Source: Bacillota bacterium (GTDB taxonomy: Bacteria > Bacillota > Clostridia > Christensenellales > SZUA-584). From it: a stretch of 64,000 bases of DNA. The stretch is from NCBI GenBank assembly GCA_023406895.1, contig JAEXTV010000023.1:67833-131832 (forward strand), in the 5' to 3' direction. Positions 9,724 through 19,282 of this stretch are shown here, in pieces. Under the pieces are notes generated by a model that worked only from the letters and a program-made list of their open reading frames with translations, searched no databases and was not told the origin of the DNA. The position numbers and the translations under genes were made by a program. Position 1 is the stretch's first letter; each line of letters begins with the position of its first letter.

Positions 9724-10178
9724 CTCAAGATACCCCCTTATTGTGTTAATATAATCATATAAAGGGAGTTAAATGGTGTCAATCGCACTATTTTATGCTT
9801 ATTGCTTGGCGCGGTTATCAAAATTTTCCGAAGAACCTGTGCGCCTATCACTTTTTTATCATCTTGAATCTGTCTGTCATAAAAAAAGCCAGCAAAAACA
9901 GGAAAGCCGCAAGATTTTGGGCTTCTAAATATAGATTTCAATGCATAGTGAGGTGCAAAGTGATATACGCATACTGTCAACGTTATATGATCCGTGATGA
10001 GTATCTCTGATCGCGGTCCCTCCACCGCGGCGAAGTCACCAAAAGATGAACGGAGAAGAAAAATCGGCTCAAAGCCGCTCGCTTGCCAGCCCATTTGTCA
10101 CGCCATCCCTAGGGCAGTCCTCTGAGGGATAGGTGATTAGCTATATTAAAGACCGAAATCGAGAGGGCTTTACTTCGG

Positions 10179-10676
10179 CTATAACAGGCTCTTTTCATAC
10201 AGATAAAACAGCCCTTTTCTGTAATGGACCTCTCCTGCCCTGCGGTATCCGAGGCTTTCATAAAGCCTCAGCGCATACGGGTTTTGAGAAAAGGCATCGA
10301 GCCGCACCGACTGAAAGCCGCGTTCCTTGAGAGCAGCCTCCGCGAGCAATATCGCCTGCCTGCCAAAGCCTTTTTGCTGACAAACGGGATCGATACACAG
10401 CCGGTGCACCGCCGCCGGCTCCTCGAAAAACCAGTCTCCTTGTGCGTATTCCTCATCCAGTCGATTATTGAGGACAACCACACCGACAATAAGTTCATCG
10501 TTGCATATAAGATACATCTCTTTATTGTCGATATCCCCTCGAAGGTCCGCCTTTGACGGATAAATATCATCCCACTGGAAAATACCCTTTGCATCCATGT
10601 CGATAATGGCACGCCGGAATATTGCCGCAACGGTTTCAATATCGCCGGGCTGCGCGGTTTTCAGCGCCAGCATCAT
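10179..10676 (-). CDS. GNAT family N-acetyltransferase
   Basis: 165 aa. GNAT motif A region: RLCIDPVCQQKGFGRQAILLAE. Its start overlaps the yhbY stop by 4 nt. Confidence 0.85.
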   Translation of the reverse strand: MMLALKTAQPGDIETVAAIFRRAIIDMDAKGIFQWDDIYPSKADLRGDIDNKEMYLICNDELIVGVVVLNNRLDEEYAQGDWFFEEPAAVHRLCIDPVCQQKGFGRQAILLAEAALKERGFQSVRLDAFSQNPYALRLYESLGYRRAGEVHYRKGLFYLYEKSLL

Positions 10677-10960
10677 ATCTTTATCGTCGGGTCTTTGGGG
10701 CGCGGGCGGTACAGCACGAACTTGCGTCCGGATGACGACACCGCTTCCGCGCCTGTGGCTTTGGCGATCTCGGCGGCCATTTCGGCCGCGGTCACCGGCG
10801 CGTTTTGCTGCACGGTGCCTTTAATCAGTTCCCGGGCGGTCAGTGCGTCGTCCACCTGCGTGATCACGTTTTCTGTGAGGCCGGATTTCCCGACATAGAT
10901 GATCGGTTCAATATTATTCGCCATTGCGCGAAGCGAGGCTCTTTGTTTGCTGGTCAGCAT
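10673..10960 (-). CDS. yhbY: YhbY/CRS1-family RNA-binding (ribosome assembly) protein
   Basis: 95 aa. MLTSKQRASLRAMANNIEPIIYVGKSGLTENV matches the YhbY pattern. It sits directly downstream of obg. Confidence 0.85.
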   Translation of the reverse strand: MLTSKQRASLRAMANNIEPIIYVGKSGLTENVITQVDDALTARELIKGTVQQNAPVTAAEMAAEIAKATGAEAVSSSGRKFVLYRPRPKDPTIKI

Positions 10961-10971
10961 ATTTAATTCTC

Positions 10972-12240
10972 CTAATCCACAAAATCGAACTCGAGCCCTT
11001 CAAGGCTCACCGTGTCTCCCGTTTTGGCACCCGCTTTGCGCAGCGCCTTAATCACGCCGAAATCCTTCAGAAGTTTTTGAAAATGGCGCATCGAATCCGG
11101 GTCTTCCGGGTCAGTCTTGGCGAGTATCTGCTGAATTACATGGCCCTCCACGTAATAGATGCCGTCTTGGATAATAACCTCATAGCCTTCGTCGTCCTTC
11201 TCAAATGCCCATTCCTCAATCACGCCGTCTTCCTCTACAGGCAACGGCACCGGGAGCTCATCGAGCATACCCGACGCTTTTTCGAGCAGCGCGTCGGTGC
11301 CTTCACCGATGGCTGCGCAAACCTCAAAGACGTCGATGCCGAGCGGTGTTAAATAATCCCGCAGGCGCTGCACGTTTTCCTCGGAGCCCGGCGCGTCGAT
11401 TTTGTTGGCGGCAACGATCTCTGGCCGTGTGCCAAGCTCACCCGAATAGCTTACCAGCTCCTGACGGATCACCTTGTAGTCGTCAATAATGTCACGCCCT
11501 TCGCCGCACGACGCATCCACCACGTGAATCAGCATACGCGTGCGCTCAATATGGCGCAGAAAATCGTGGCCGAGCCCTGCACCTTCATGGGCACCCTCTA
11601 TAAGGCCGGGTATATCCGCCATGATAAAGCTTTTGTCGTGCCACTGAACCACGCCGAGATTCGGAGACAGCGTGGTAAAATGATACGCCGCGATTTTAGG
11701 CCGCGCGCTCGTGCATGCGGCCAGCAATGTGGATTTGCCCACACTCGGAAAACCGATGAGACCGATATCGGCGATGGATTTGAGTTCAAGTATCACTTGG
11801 CGGCCTTTGGTTTTGCGTCCCTGCGTCGCGAAACGAGGGTTTTGCCGTGTCGGCGTGGCGAAACGGGCGTTACCGAGGCCTCCTTTGCCGCCCGAAAGCA
11901 GCTGCCGCCGTCCTTCGCGCATATCCGCCGCCACACGCCCCGTCTCAAAATCCTTGATGACGGTGCCCGCGGGCACTTTAATCACGAGGTCATCACCCGC
12001 TTTGCCGCGCATGTTCTTCTTCTTGCCGGGTTCGCCGTTTTGCGCCACGTATTTCTGCTGAAATTTAAAATCCATCAGCGTGCGCATGCTCTGATCAACC
12101 TCAAACACAACCGCGCCGCCTTCACCGCCGTCGCCGCCGTCCGGGCCGCCCGCATTTACGTACTTCTCCTTGCGAAACGACACACTGCCGCTGCCGCCGT
12201 CACCTGCTTTGATATATATTTTCGCTTTGTCAACAAACAT
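10972..12240 (-). CDS. obg: GTPase Obg/CgtA
   Basis: MFVDKAKIYIKAGDGGSGSVSFRKEKY is the Obg fold. G motifs GFPSVGKST, DIPGLIEGA and NKID are present, along with the C-terminal Obg_CT segment. The ORF runs to 12267 and was trimmed to this Met. Confidence 0.95.
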   Translation of the reverse strand: MFVDKAKIYIKAGDGGSGSVSFRKEKYVNAGGPDGGDGGEGGAVVFEVDQSMRTLMDFKFQQKYVAQNGEPGKKKNMRGKAGDDLVIKVPAGTVIKDFETGRVAADMREGRRQLLSGGKGGLGNARFATPTRQNPRFATQGRKTKGRQVILELKSIADIGLIGFPSVGKSTLLAACTSARPKIAAYHFTTLSPNLGVVQWHDKSFIMADIPGLIEGAHEGAGLGHDFLRHIERTRMLIHVVDASCGEGRDIIDDYKVIRQELVSYSGELGTRPEIVAANKIDAPGSEENVQRLRDYLTPLGIDVFEVCAAIGEGTDALLEKASGMLDELPVPLPVEEDGVIEEWAFEKDDEGYEVIIQDGIYYVEGHVIQQILAKTDPEDPDSMRHFQKLLKDFGVIKALRKAGAKTGDTVSLEGLEFDFVD

Positions 12241-12245
12241 TGAAT

Positions 12246-12872
12246 TTACAGTCCCTTTCCGCCCCACGGACAGATATCATATAAAAAGCATGCCCCGCAT
12301 GCCGGTTTTCTCGCCGTGCAGACCTTGCGCCCGTGCCAAATCAGCCAGTGATGCGCGTCTGACCACTTTTCTTTGGGGATATTCTTCATCAGCTGCATCT
12401 CCGTATCAAGCACGTCTTTGGCAGCTGCGAGCCCGAGCCGGTTTGACACGCGAAACACATGCGTATCCACCGCGATGCCGGGCACCCCAAACGCGTTGGA
12501 AAGCACCACGTTGGCCGTCTTTCGCCCGACGCCGGGCAGCGTTGTGAGTTCCTCCATCGTCTGCGGTACGTCGCCGCCGTAGCGCTCCACAAGTATCCGG
12601 CACGCCGCCAGCAAGTTCTGCGCCTTGGTATGGTAAAACCCGCAGCTTTTGATATAGCCTTCAATCTCGCTCTGGCTCAGGCGCAGCATGGCCACCGCAT
12701 CGGGCGCTTTTTCAAACAACGCTTCGGTGACGGCGTTGACCTGCTTGTCCGTCGTCTGTGCGGAAAGCATCGTCGCGATGAGCAGCTCAAACGCGTTTCG
12801 GAATCGCAGCGCAGGCCGCGCGCCCAGGTATTGCTGTTCGAGCCTTTTTAGTATTTCCTTTTTATCGTCCAT
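12246..12872 (-). CDS. nth: endonuclease III
   Basis: HhH-GPD block LTTLPGVGRKTANVVL. C-terminal [4Fe-4S] motif CTARKPACGACFLYDIC. The start could also be at 12926. Confidence 0.9.
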   Translation of the reverse strand: MDDKKEILKRLEQQYLGARPALRFRNAFELLIATMLSAQTTDKQVNAVTEALFEKAPDAVAMLRLSQSEIEGYIKSCGFYHTKAQNLLAACRILVERYGGDVPQTMEELTTLPGVGRKTANVVLSNAFGVPGIAVDTHVFRVSNRLGLAAAKDVLDTEMQLMKNIPKEKWSDAHHWLIWHGRKVCTARKPACGACFLYDICPWGGKGL

Positions 12873-12989
12873 TTCTATCTCCCCGGTGCTCTTCGTTATT
12901 ATATCGGCAGTTGGCATAAAAAACAAATCCTAATTCAATATCAGCTTTTTCAGCCGCATAATTTAGCGGCGGCGGCAGAAAATATCGGT

Positions 12990-13694
12990 ATGTTTAATGT
13001 CATTATCAAAACTGCAATACTTTATTTTTTCGCCATGCTGGTGATACGCCTGATGGGCAAACGGCAGGCCGGTGAGCTGCAGCCCTTTGAGCTGATCATC
13101 GCGGTTATGATCGCGGAGGTGGCCGCCACGCCAATGGACGGCCCCGGCGTCCCCATCACCTACGGCATCGTGCCCGTTGTGGTGCTGCTTTTGCTGCACA
13201 ATCTGATTGCGTTTATTTCTATCAAGAGTGACAAAGCGCGGGGGTTCTTCTCGGGCAAGCCAAGCATTGTGATACACAAGGGCATTATCCGGCGTGAAGA
13301 GCTAAAAAAGCAAAGCTACAATTTGAACGACCTTTTGGAACAGCTGCGCAACAAAAACGTGATGAATATCGGTGATGTGCATTACGCCATACTGGAAACC
13401 AATGGGGAACTCAGCGTGATGCTTAAGCCCGAGAAGCGCCCGCTGACACCGGAGGACATGAGCATGGCCCCGCAGAACCCCGGTTTTTGTTACGACGTGA
13501 TACTCGACGGCAAACTCAAACCCGATAACCTGGAGCGTCTCGGTTTTACGGTAAGCCAGCTCGAGCAGATACTAAAAACTCAAAATTTAAAGCGTGTCAG
13601 CAACGTTTTTTTGGCGATGGCCGACGAAACAGGCACCGTGCTGCTGCAGGATTACCAAGGACATCAAACGACGGGAAGTATGACAAATGGTTAA
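12990..13694 (+). CDS. DUF421 (YetF-like) membrane protein
   Basis: N-terminus AILYFFAMLVIRLMGKRQAGELQPFELIIAVMIAE is typical of DUF421/YetF. 234 aa. Confidence 0.8.
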   Translation: MFNVIIKTAILYFFAMLVIRLMGKRQAGELQPFELIIAVMIAEVAATPMDGPGVPITYGIVPVVVLLLLHNLIAFISIKSDKARGFFSGKPSIVIHKGIIRREELKKQSYNLNDLLEQLRNKNVMNIGDVHYAILETNGELSVMLKPEKRPLTPEDMSMAPQNPGFCYDVILDGKLKPDNLERLGFTVSQLEQILKTQNLKRVSNVFLAMADETGTVLLQDYQGHQTTGSMTNG

Positions 13695-14067
13695 GAAAAT
13701 CACCATCTGCGTTCTTCTTGCGATCATCATCGGCGGGTCTTTTCTGCAGCACCACTATGTCACCGGCGCGACCGAGGATCTCAAAAACGACTTAAATAAA
13801 GTTTACGACGCGCTGCAGAATGACGATTTTGAAAAAGCGCTCGCCGCTTCCCAAACATTCAGCGAAAACTGGGAAAAAGAAAAGAGCCTGTATGAGACAC
13901 TTTTCAAGCACGAAGAGGTTGATCTGATATCGTCCGGCGCTGCACGCCTGACCGAAATGTGTGAACAGGCCAATAAATCAGAAGCCCTCGCGGAAACGGC
14001 GGAAACGCTGTATTATATCAACCACATTCACGAAATAGACAGCATCAAATTTGAAAACATATTCTGA
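13687..14067 (+). CDS. DUF4363-like small protein
   Basis: 126 aa with one N-terminal TM segment. It overlaps the DUF421 gene end, which is the usual DUF421-DUF4363 pairing in Firmicutes. Confidence 0.65.
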   Translation: MVKKITICVLLAIIIGGSFLQHHYVTGATEDLKNDLNKVYDALQNDDFEKALAASQTFSENWEKEKSLYETLFKHEEVDLISSGAARLTEMCEQANKSEALAETAETLYYINHIHEIDSIKFENIF

Positions 14068-14901
14068 TCAGCGCCACGAGAAGCTGTATATCCAGCCGTC
14101 GTGCACGGCATCTTCGGGCAATGACGGTTCTTCAAACACGATTCGGCCAGCGAGCCCCAGCTCTTTGGCCGCCAGCTCAAAGTGGCACGCCGCTATGCCC
14201 ATATCAATCCGCTGCATACAAAAACCATAGAGAGTGTTGCCTGCGTACATCTTATCAACCGCGAGATAAAAGTGCAGTGCGTCACCGCTGCGGACCACGC
14301 GCCACGGCTGTTTGTTGGATGCGGACGGGCCGATACGCACCATCTCAAGGCACGTTTTCAGCGGCCCTTCGTCTAAAAACAACGGCGTTCTCACAGTGCC
14401 GTCGAAGAAAACTTCTCCAAAGCGTTTGCGCTTTCTTGCGCCTGCGCCCGCCGCCACCACTTTTTCTGTCAGCGTTTTCTTTTCCGCCGCATAGCCGACC
14501 GGCGATATGGCGGGCATATGCTCGTTATTCGGCTTCACGAGTGCCAGAAAAGCCGCGCGTTTAAATGTACCGCCAAGCCAGCAGGTGCCGAAACCCTGTG
14601 CCGTCGCAAAAAGCACCAGCTTTTCAAATGCGTACCCGAAACCTTCAATATCACGACCGCCTTTTTTCACGCACCCCACGATAAATGTTTTAACGCCTTT
14701 GATGAAGCCATAGGTCCCTAGCTTGCCCGACCCGCCTTCGACGATATCAAAACGCACCTTCGCGTCGAACGGGTTTTGAGCCGCCTCCGCGAAATAGCCT
14801 TTGAGCTGCTCAAGCTTTTCAGGCTCCGTCGGCTTGGGGTCATAAGTCCTCACGGATGTTCTCTTCTGAATCAGGTCTGTCACGCTTTGTTCTAAAAGCA
14901 T
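14068..14901 (-). CDS. nitroreductase family protein
   Basis: DLIQKRTSVRTYD near the N-terminus, and later PSASNKQPWRVV (nitroreductase signatures). The ORF runs to 15012 and was trimmed to MLLEQSV. Confidence 0.8.
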   Translation of the reverse strand: MLLEQSVTDLIQKRTSVRTYDPKPTEPEKLEQLKGYFAEAAQNPFDAKVRFDIVEGGSGKLGTYGFIKGVKTFIVGCVKKGGRDIEGFGYAFEKLVLFATAQGFGTCWLGGTFKRAAFLALVKPNNEHMPAISPVGYAAEKKTLTEKVVAAGAGARKRKRFGEVFFDGTVRTPLFLDEGPLKTCLEMVRIGPSASNKQPWRVVRSGDALHFYLAVDKMYAGNTLYGFCMQRIDMGIAACHFELAAKELGLAGRIVFEEPSLPEDAVHDGWIYSFSWR

Positions 14902-15168
14902 ATTGTCCTCCGCTTTAAGCTTAAAGTTAAGCTTTCGTTCAACAGAATGGGAAGTGCTGATGACATGAGACAAACAGATCAAGAGGTAAGACAGAAAATC
15001 AGCCGTCAGCACAACATTTTAATTAATCAGCGTATTCCCGAAGATAGGGTTTCATTTGATAGCAATTTTTCCGGGTTCATTCAACAACTAAAGGCGCCTT
15101 ATACAATAACAGGCGAAGCGTATCAAGCCGATTGATTGGCGTAAAAGCAAAGGTATTCAAGTGGCAGC

Positions 15169-16350
15169 TCAAAAGCTCCATCGATGTCGTCGCATGCTCA
15201 CGTTAATCACAAGCCCGAATGCAATCATATTGGTGAGAAGGTTCGAGCCTCCGTAGCTCATAAACGGCAGCGGAATGCCCGTGATTGGCATCACGCCGAT
15301 ATTCATGCCGATATTTTCAAAAATATGGAATAACGTCATCGCCGCCACACCCACGATGATCAGCGACCCGAAATCATCCTTCGCTTTCGTCGCAAGATAA
15401 AGTGTGCGGAATATCAACGTGAAGTAGAGTAATATCATAATCATCACGCCGACAAAGCCGATTGCCTCGGCGGTGGACGCAAATATAAAGTCGGTATGCT
15501 TTTCGGGAATGTTAGAAAGCTTGCTTTCCCCGCCCAGAGAAAACAGCCCCTTTCCCGAAACTTGTCCTGATCCCACCGCAATTCTGGCTTGCTTAGACTG
15601 CATCCCCATATCCTCTATTTGCTGCTGAGTCATGTCAGGCGTGGAGATTCCTAAAAACGAATAGATGCGGTTTTTCTGCCACTTGTCCATGATCAGCCAT
15701 GCCACCGGCAGCGCTGCTCCTGCACAGGCAAACATCATACCGATGAGTTTTAAGCTCGTTCTGGCAATAAACAGCATGGATATGAACGTGAACGCATACA
15801 CAAACGCGGTGCCCCAGTCCGGCTGGCTCATGATCAGCGCAAACGGCACGATAAAAACGCCCAGCAAAGGCACGATATCCTTCACCTTGCGGATACCGCC
15901 GTCTCGGCCTTGCGTCCGCTTGGAAATCATATGCGCCATCACAATGATCATACCGATTTTGCCAACCTCGCTCGGCTGAAACCCCGAGGTACCGATACGG
16001 AACCAGCCCGATGTTCCGTTAATTTCGGAACCGAAAAATCTGACCGCAACAAGCAGCGCCACAATCACGATATATATCCATTTGTAGTATTCTTCTATCG
16101 CGTGATAATCAGGCAAAAGCACGATAAACATGGCCAGCAAAGCCACGCCGAACCACGCCAGCTGCTGCAGTGCATGTGCCGGGTCCAGCTGGGCGATCGC
16201 CGCGCTGAGAGAACCCACGTTTTCGGTCAGCGGGTCGGATTCGGCGGACGCAATGGCCACAAAGCTGAAAAGAATCAGCACGATAATATTGGCAAACAGC
16301 AGCCAATCGATGAACTTGAACATCCTCGGGTCTATAAATTTGAGCTTCAA
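15169..16350 (-). CDS. FtsW/RodA/SpoVE (SEDS) family cell-shape/division protein
   Basis: 393 aa and polytopic. SEDS blocks are present: QPSEVGKIGMII, HTDFIFASTAEAIGFVG, GVMPITGIPLPFMSYGGSN. Confidence 0.9.
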   Translation of the reverse strand: MKLKFIDPRMFKFIDWLLFANIIVLILFSFVAIASAESDPLTENVGSLSAAIAQLDPAHALQQLAWFGVALLAMFIVLLPDYHAIEEYYKWIYIVIVALLVAVRFFGSEINGTSGWFRIGTSGFQPSEVGKIGMIIVMAHMISKRTQGRDGGIRKVKDIVPLLGVFIVPFALIMSQPDWGTAFVYAFTFISMLFIARTSLKLIGMMFACAGAALPVAWLIMDKWQKNRIYSFLGISTPDMTQQQIEDMGMQSKQARIAVGSGQVSGKGLFSLGGESKLSNIPEKHTDFIFASTAEAIGFVGVMIMILLYFTLIFRTLYLATKAKDDFGSLIIVGVAAMTLFHIFENIGMNIGVMPITGIPLPFMSYGGSNLLTNMIAFGLVINVSMRRHRWSF

Positions 16351-16536
16351 AGCACGCTACCTCTTAAGCAAACTTTACAAATCTGTTTCAATTATAACAT
16401 AAATATTAAACACGCAACACCACAGACACTGAATGTTTACAATTCAGTCATTCTATCGAAAACAGAATATCAGAAAATACCCTGATAGGGAAGGGCCTCT
16501 TGATGATAAAAAAACGGTGGTAAATGGCACTTGCTT

Positions 16537-16785
16537 CTAAACACCAAGCCATTTTAGCAGTCTTTGATAATCATCATTCGCTTCTGAGAAGTCAGGATGC
16601 TCTTTAACAAACCCCTCAATTTTAATTCTATCTTGTGCGGTAAATTCATCCCAGTTTTCTTTGTTAATAAGTTCTTTACCATACGTTTCTTTATAAATTT
16701 GCTTTGCGCGGATCAATGCAGAACTATATGTTTGGAACGAAATGCAGCCCACTTCGCGATACCATTTATAAAACGAAGAGAACTT
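16537..16785 (-). pseudogene. 3' remainder of the two-repeat lipoprotein gene, cut off by an in-frame TAG
   Basis: It is in the same frame as 16786-17676. Reading through the TAG at 16786-16788 gives ...TQYNDGIY*KFSSFYKWYREVGCISFQTY...DDYQRLLKWLGV. This aligns with repeat 1: ...NKYDQVTYKKFHQFYDWYCNCGETAY...HSYQRLLEWL. Confidence 0.55.
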
Positions 16786-17646
16786 CTAATATATTCCGTC
16801 GTTATATTGAGTATAAAGTCCTTCAATCTCTTTCAAGGTTGGCGGTTTTGCTTTAGGTTCATTAGTAAGCTCATATACGTGCAGTTTGATGATCAGTTCG
16901 TCTTCCAGCAATTGAACGTCTTCATCCAGTGTGACGATGTTGTTACCAGAGTAATTTTTCGCGAACTGCGGATAAGCAAACAAACCCATTTCCTTAAGAA
17001 TCTCGACATACTCAGCTTGATACTCTTTCTTAAACTGAGTTGATTCATCCGGCTTTGCACAGGCAGTCAGCCATTCTAATAACCTCTGATACGAATGGCT
17101 TGTATCTGAATAATCGGGGTTTTTTATCACATACAACTCAAAATCGATTAAGTCATCAACCCAATAATCGCTCAATGAATCTATATCTTTATAATCAGTC
17201 CCATATTTATCTTTATAATCCATAAGTGCTTTAGAGATCCCATCCAAATAATCATCATAGGCTGTTTCGCCACAGTTACAATACCAATCATAGAATTGGT
17301 GAAACTTTTTGTAAGTCACCTGATCATATTTGTTATAAAGACCTTCAACCTCTTCAGCAGTAGGAGTATTCCTTATACCGGTATACAGTTCATACACATG
17401 CAGGTATTTTTCTAGTTTTTTTTCGTATATCACGACTCCTTCCGCAACTTCAACTATTTCAGCATTATCAAATTTGCTTTCATAATCGGGATGTACATAA
17501 AAACCCATGTGCATCATTTTCTCTATAAATTCAGCCTGAAACTCTTCCTGCGTTTCAGCAGGTTGTGGCGCGCAGGCAGACAAAGGCACTGCCGTCGCCA
17601 ACACGGTTATACAAGTCAATATGATAGTGGTGAGTCGTTTCGTCAT
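16786..17646 (-). CDS. lipoprotein with internal tandem repeat, truncated by an amber codon
   Basis: Signal plus lipobox: MTKRLTTIILTCITVLATAVPLSAC. AT-rich gene. Alternative start at 17658. Confidence 0.7.
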   Translation of the reverse strand: MTKRLTTIILTCITVLATAVPLSACAPQPAETQEEFQAEFIEKMMHMGFYVHPDYESKFDNAEIVEVAEGVVIYEKKLEKYLHVYELYTGIRNTPTAEEVEGLYNKYDQVTYKKFHQFYDWYCNCGETAYDDYLDGISKALMDYKDKYGTDYKDIDSLSDYWVDDLIDFELYVIKNPDYSDTSHSYQRLLEWLTACAKPDESTQFKKEYQAEYVEILKEMGLFAYPQFAKNYSGNNIVTLDEDVQLLEDELIIKLHVYELTNEPKAKPPTLKEIEGLYTQYNDGIY

Positions 17647-17654
17647 AGTCACCT

Positions 17655-18965
17655 TCATTTTTGATAGTTGAAACACTCGGGATAGTCTTTCTCCAACCCT
17701 ACCATGTCTTCATAGGTTAAGTCACTAAGCCGATTCCTTTTTTCTTCAAAGGATAGGTTTACTCCCTTCAATTCTATATCTTTGTTTATTGCGGCCCGTA
17801 ATGCATCTTCGTAATTATCTGATGGGCTCAGGCCACCTCCATCACCATACCATGCTACATAACTATCTATCTCAATAATATCGAACGTTCCGTTTATAAA
17901 CGTTTCTTCTATATCCTCTGCTGTAAGTCCTAACCCGTCGCTACTCACCCCACCGTGCTTAATCGCATATGCACGTAGTGCAATATTTAAATCGTACTTG
18001 TCAAGGCTTACCACGTTAATACTGTAATTTCCGTCAGACAGCATGTTAATGGATGCTCCCAACAGCAACGCATAAGATACTACGCCTTCATTTTTAAGCC
18101 GATTCACCGCATTGTCTAATTGATCCAAGTTACGGTCTTTTGCCGCATTTGACACCGTGTTTGTAATTAAAGCATCTAAGTTTTTTCTAAACTGATATAT
18201 ATCTGCCTTTTCTTCTGTTTGTATGTTTCCATCGCTATCCAAATATCCAACTGATAGTATTCGGTCCCACTTCGTATAATTGCTTTCAGGATTCTTTTCG
18301 ATACTAAACACAATGACTTTTAATCCGCCTGTGGACTCGAATGTTTGCCATTGCGAAATCTGATTTAGAAGAGAATAACTATAAATACATTTGTAAATTC
18401 TGTTGTCTTGATTAGTTATCATATCATATGGCACGTTCGCGTTTTTCAACAGATTCTTATATCTTGCCGCCATCCCACCGAGAACAGGACTTACATTCCA
18501 CTTAAACGTCGAACCAAATAGACCCTCTTGTTCAGTTTTTATGTAAGTATTTTTAAGAAAAACCTCCTTGTCCTCATCAGACATATTAGTAAATGATATA
18601 ATCAACGCATTGTATATTGAATTATCAATAGTTGCAGCATCGCTCTGCATCACTTCATTGATGTAATCAAAGTTATATTTGTAGATGAGATTGCCCTCTT
18701 CGTCTGTCTGCCCCGTGTCTTTTCGCATTTTATCCAAGCAGTCAACGAACTCTTGCGAATCAGCAGCGGGGATCAGGTTCTCTATGCCCAGATCAGCGGG
18801 TGATTCACCGCCTTTGTATTCAAGTATCACCGCATCCTTAACCTTTTGCGCAAGTGTTGGTTCTGCGGGTTGTGGCGCGCAGGCAGACAAAGGCATTGCC
18901 GCAACTAAAATGGTTATACAGGTTAATATGATTGCAAAAATTCGTCTCGTCATAATTTCCTTCAC
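17655..18965 (-). CDS. lipoprotein, function unknown
   Basis: MKEIMTRRIFAIILTCITILVAAMPLSACAPQPAE is a lipobox. The signal peptide is almost identical to that of the downstream gene. AT-rich, 436 aa. Confidence 0.7.
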   Translation of the reverse strand: MKEIMTRRIFAIILTCITILVAAMPLSACAPQPAEPTLAQKVKDAVILEYKGGESPADLGIENLIPAADSQEFVDCLDKMRKDTGQTDEEGNLIYKYNFDYINEVMQSDAATIDNSIYNALIISFTNMSDEDKEVFLKNTYIKTEQEGLFGSTFKWNVSPVLGGMAARYKNLLKNANVPYDMITNQDNRIYKCIYSYSLLNQISQWQTFESTGGLKVIVFSIEKNPESNYTKWDRILSVGYLDSDGNIQTEEKADIYQFRKNLDALITNTVSNAAKDRNLDQLDNAVNRLKNEGVVSYALLLGASINMLSDGNYSINVVSLDKYDLNIALRAYAIKHGGVSSDGLGLTAEDIEETFINGTFDIIEIDSYVAWYGDGGGLSPSDNYEDALRAAINKDIELKGVNLSFEEKRNRLSDLTYEDMVGLEKDYPECFNYQK

Positions 18966-19282
18966 TTTTCATATTCAAAGCACTGCATCACTCTTCAGCC
19001 TTTTCTTAAGGTGCTTGATGCAGTACTCATAACTTCGATGGCCTTCTGCTTTCTCGGATTTTCGTGTTTATTTAGGTTATATCCACAAGATAACCTCTCA
19101 TTTGCATTATATCCATATAACTATACAACACACCTTATATTGTTACAATTATAAATGTCTTGTATTGTTAAATCAATCCATATATTTTTTTCGTCATATC
19201 AGCCTTTTCGGCCAATATAGACAAAACGGCACGCAAAATGGTATATTGATGTCGCGCTTTTTATGGCGCAGCGGAGGAAAAA

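Noticed and set aside
9738-10094. 118-aa minus-strand ORF in the spacer upstream of 8824-9723
   Set aside because: There is no Shine-Dalgarno sequence and the composition is odd. It overlaps the dispersed hairpin element and probably the promoter region.
11524-12243. 239-aa plus-strand ORF
   Set aside because: It is antisense to obg. The translation is Arg/Ala/His-rich.
16786-16788. Amber codon as pyrrolysine or programmed readthrough
   Set aside because: No pyl genes or readthrough context are visible in the window. The paralogous repeat has AAG at this position, so a simple nonsense mutation is the most economical reading. It is kept as a finding, but not as recoding.
18966-19282. Expected SRP RNA (ffs) upstream of dnaX, as in the Bacillus ffs-dnaX-ybaB-recR synteny
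   Set aside because: The spacer is AT-rich promoter-like DNA. I could not find the conserved domain IV sequence (GGUCCGGAAGGAAGCAGC-like) on either strand.
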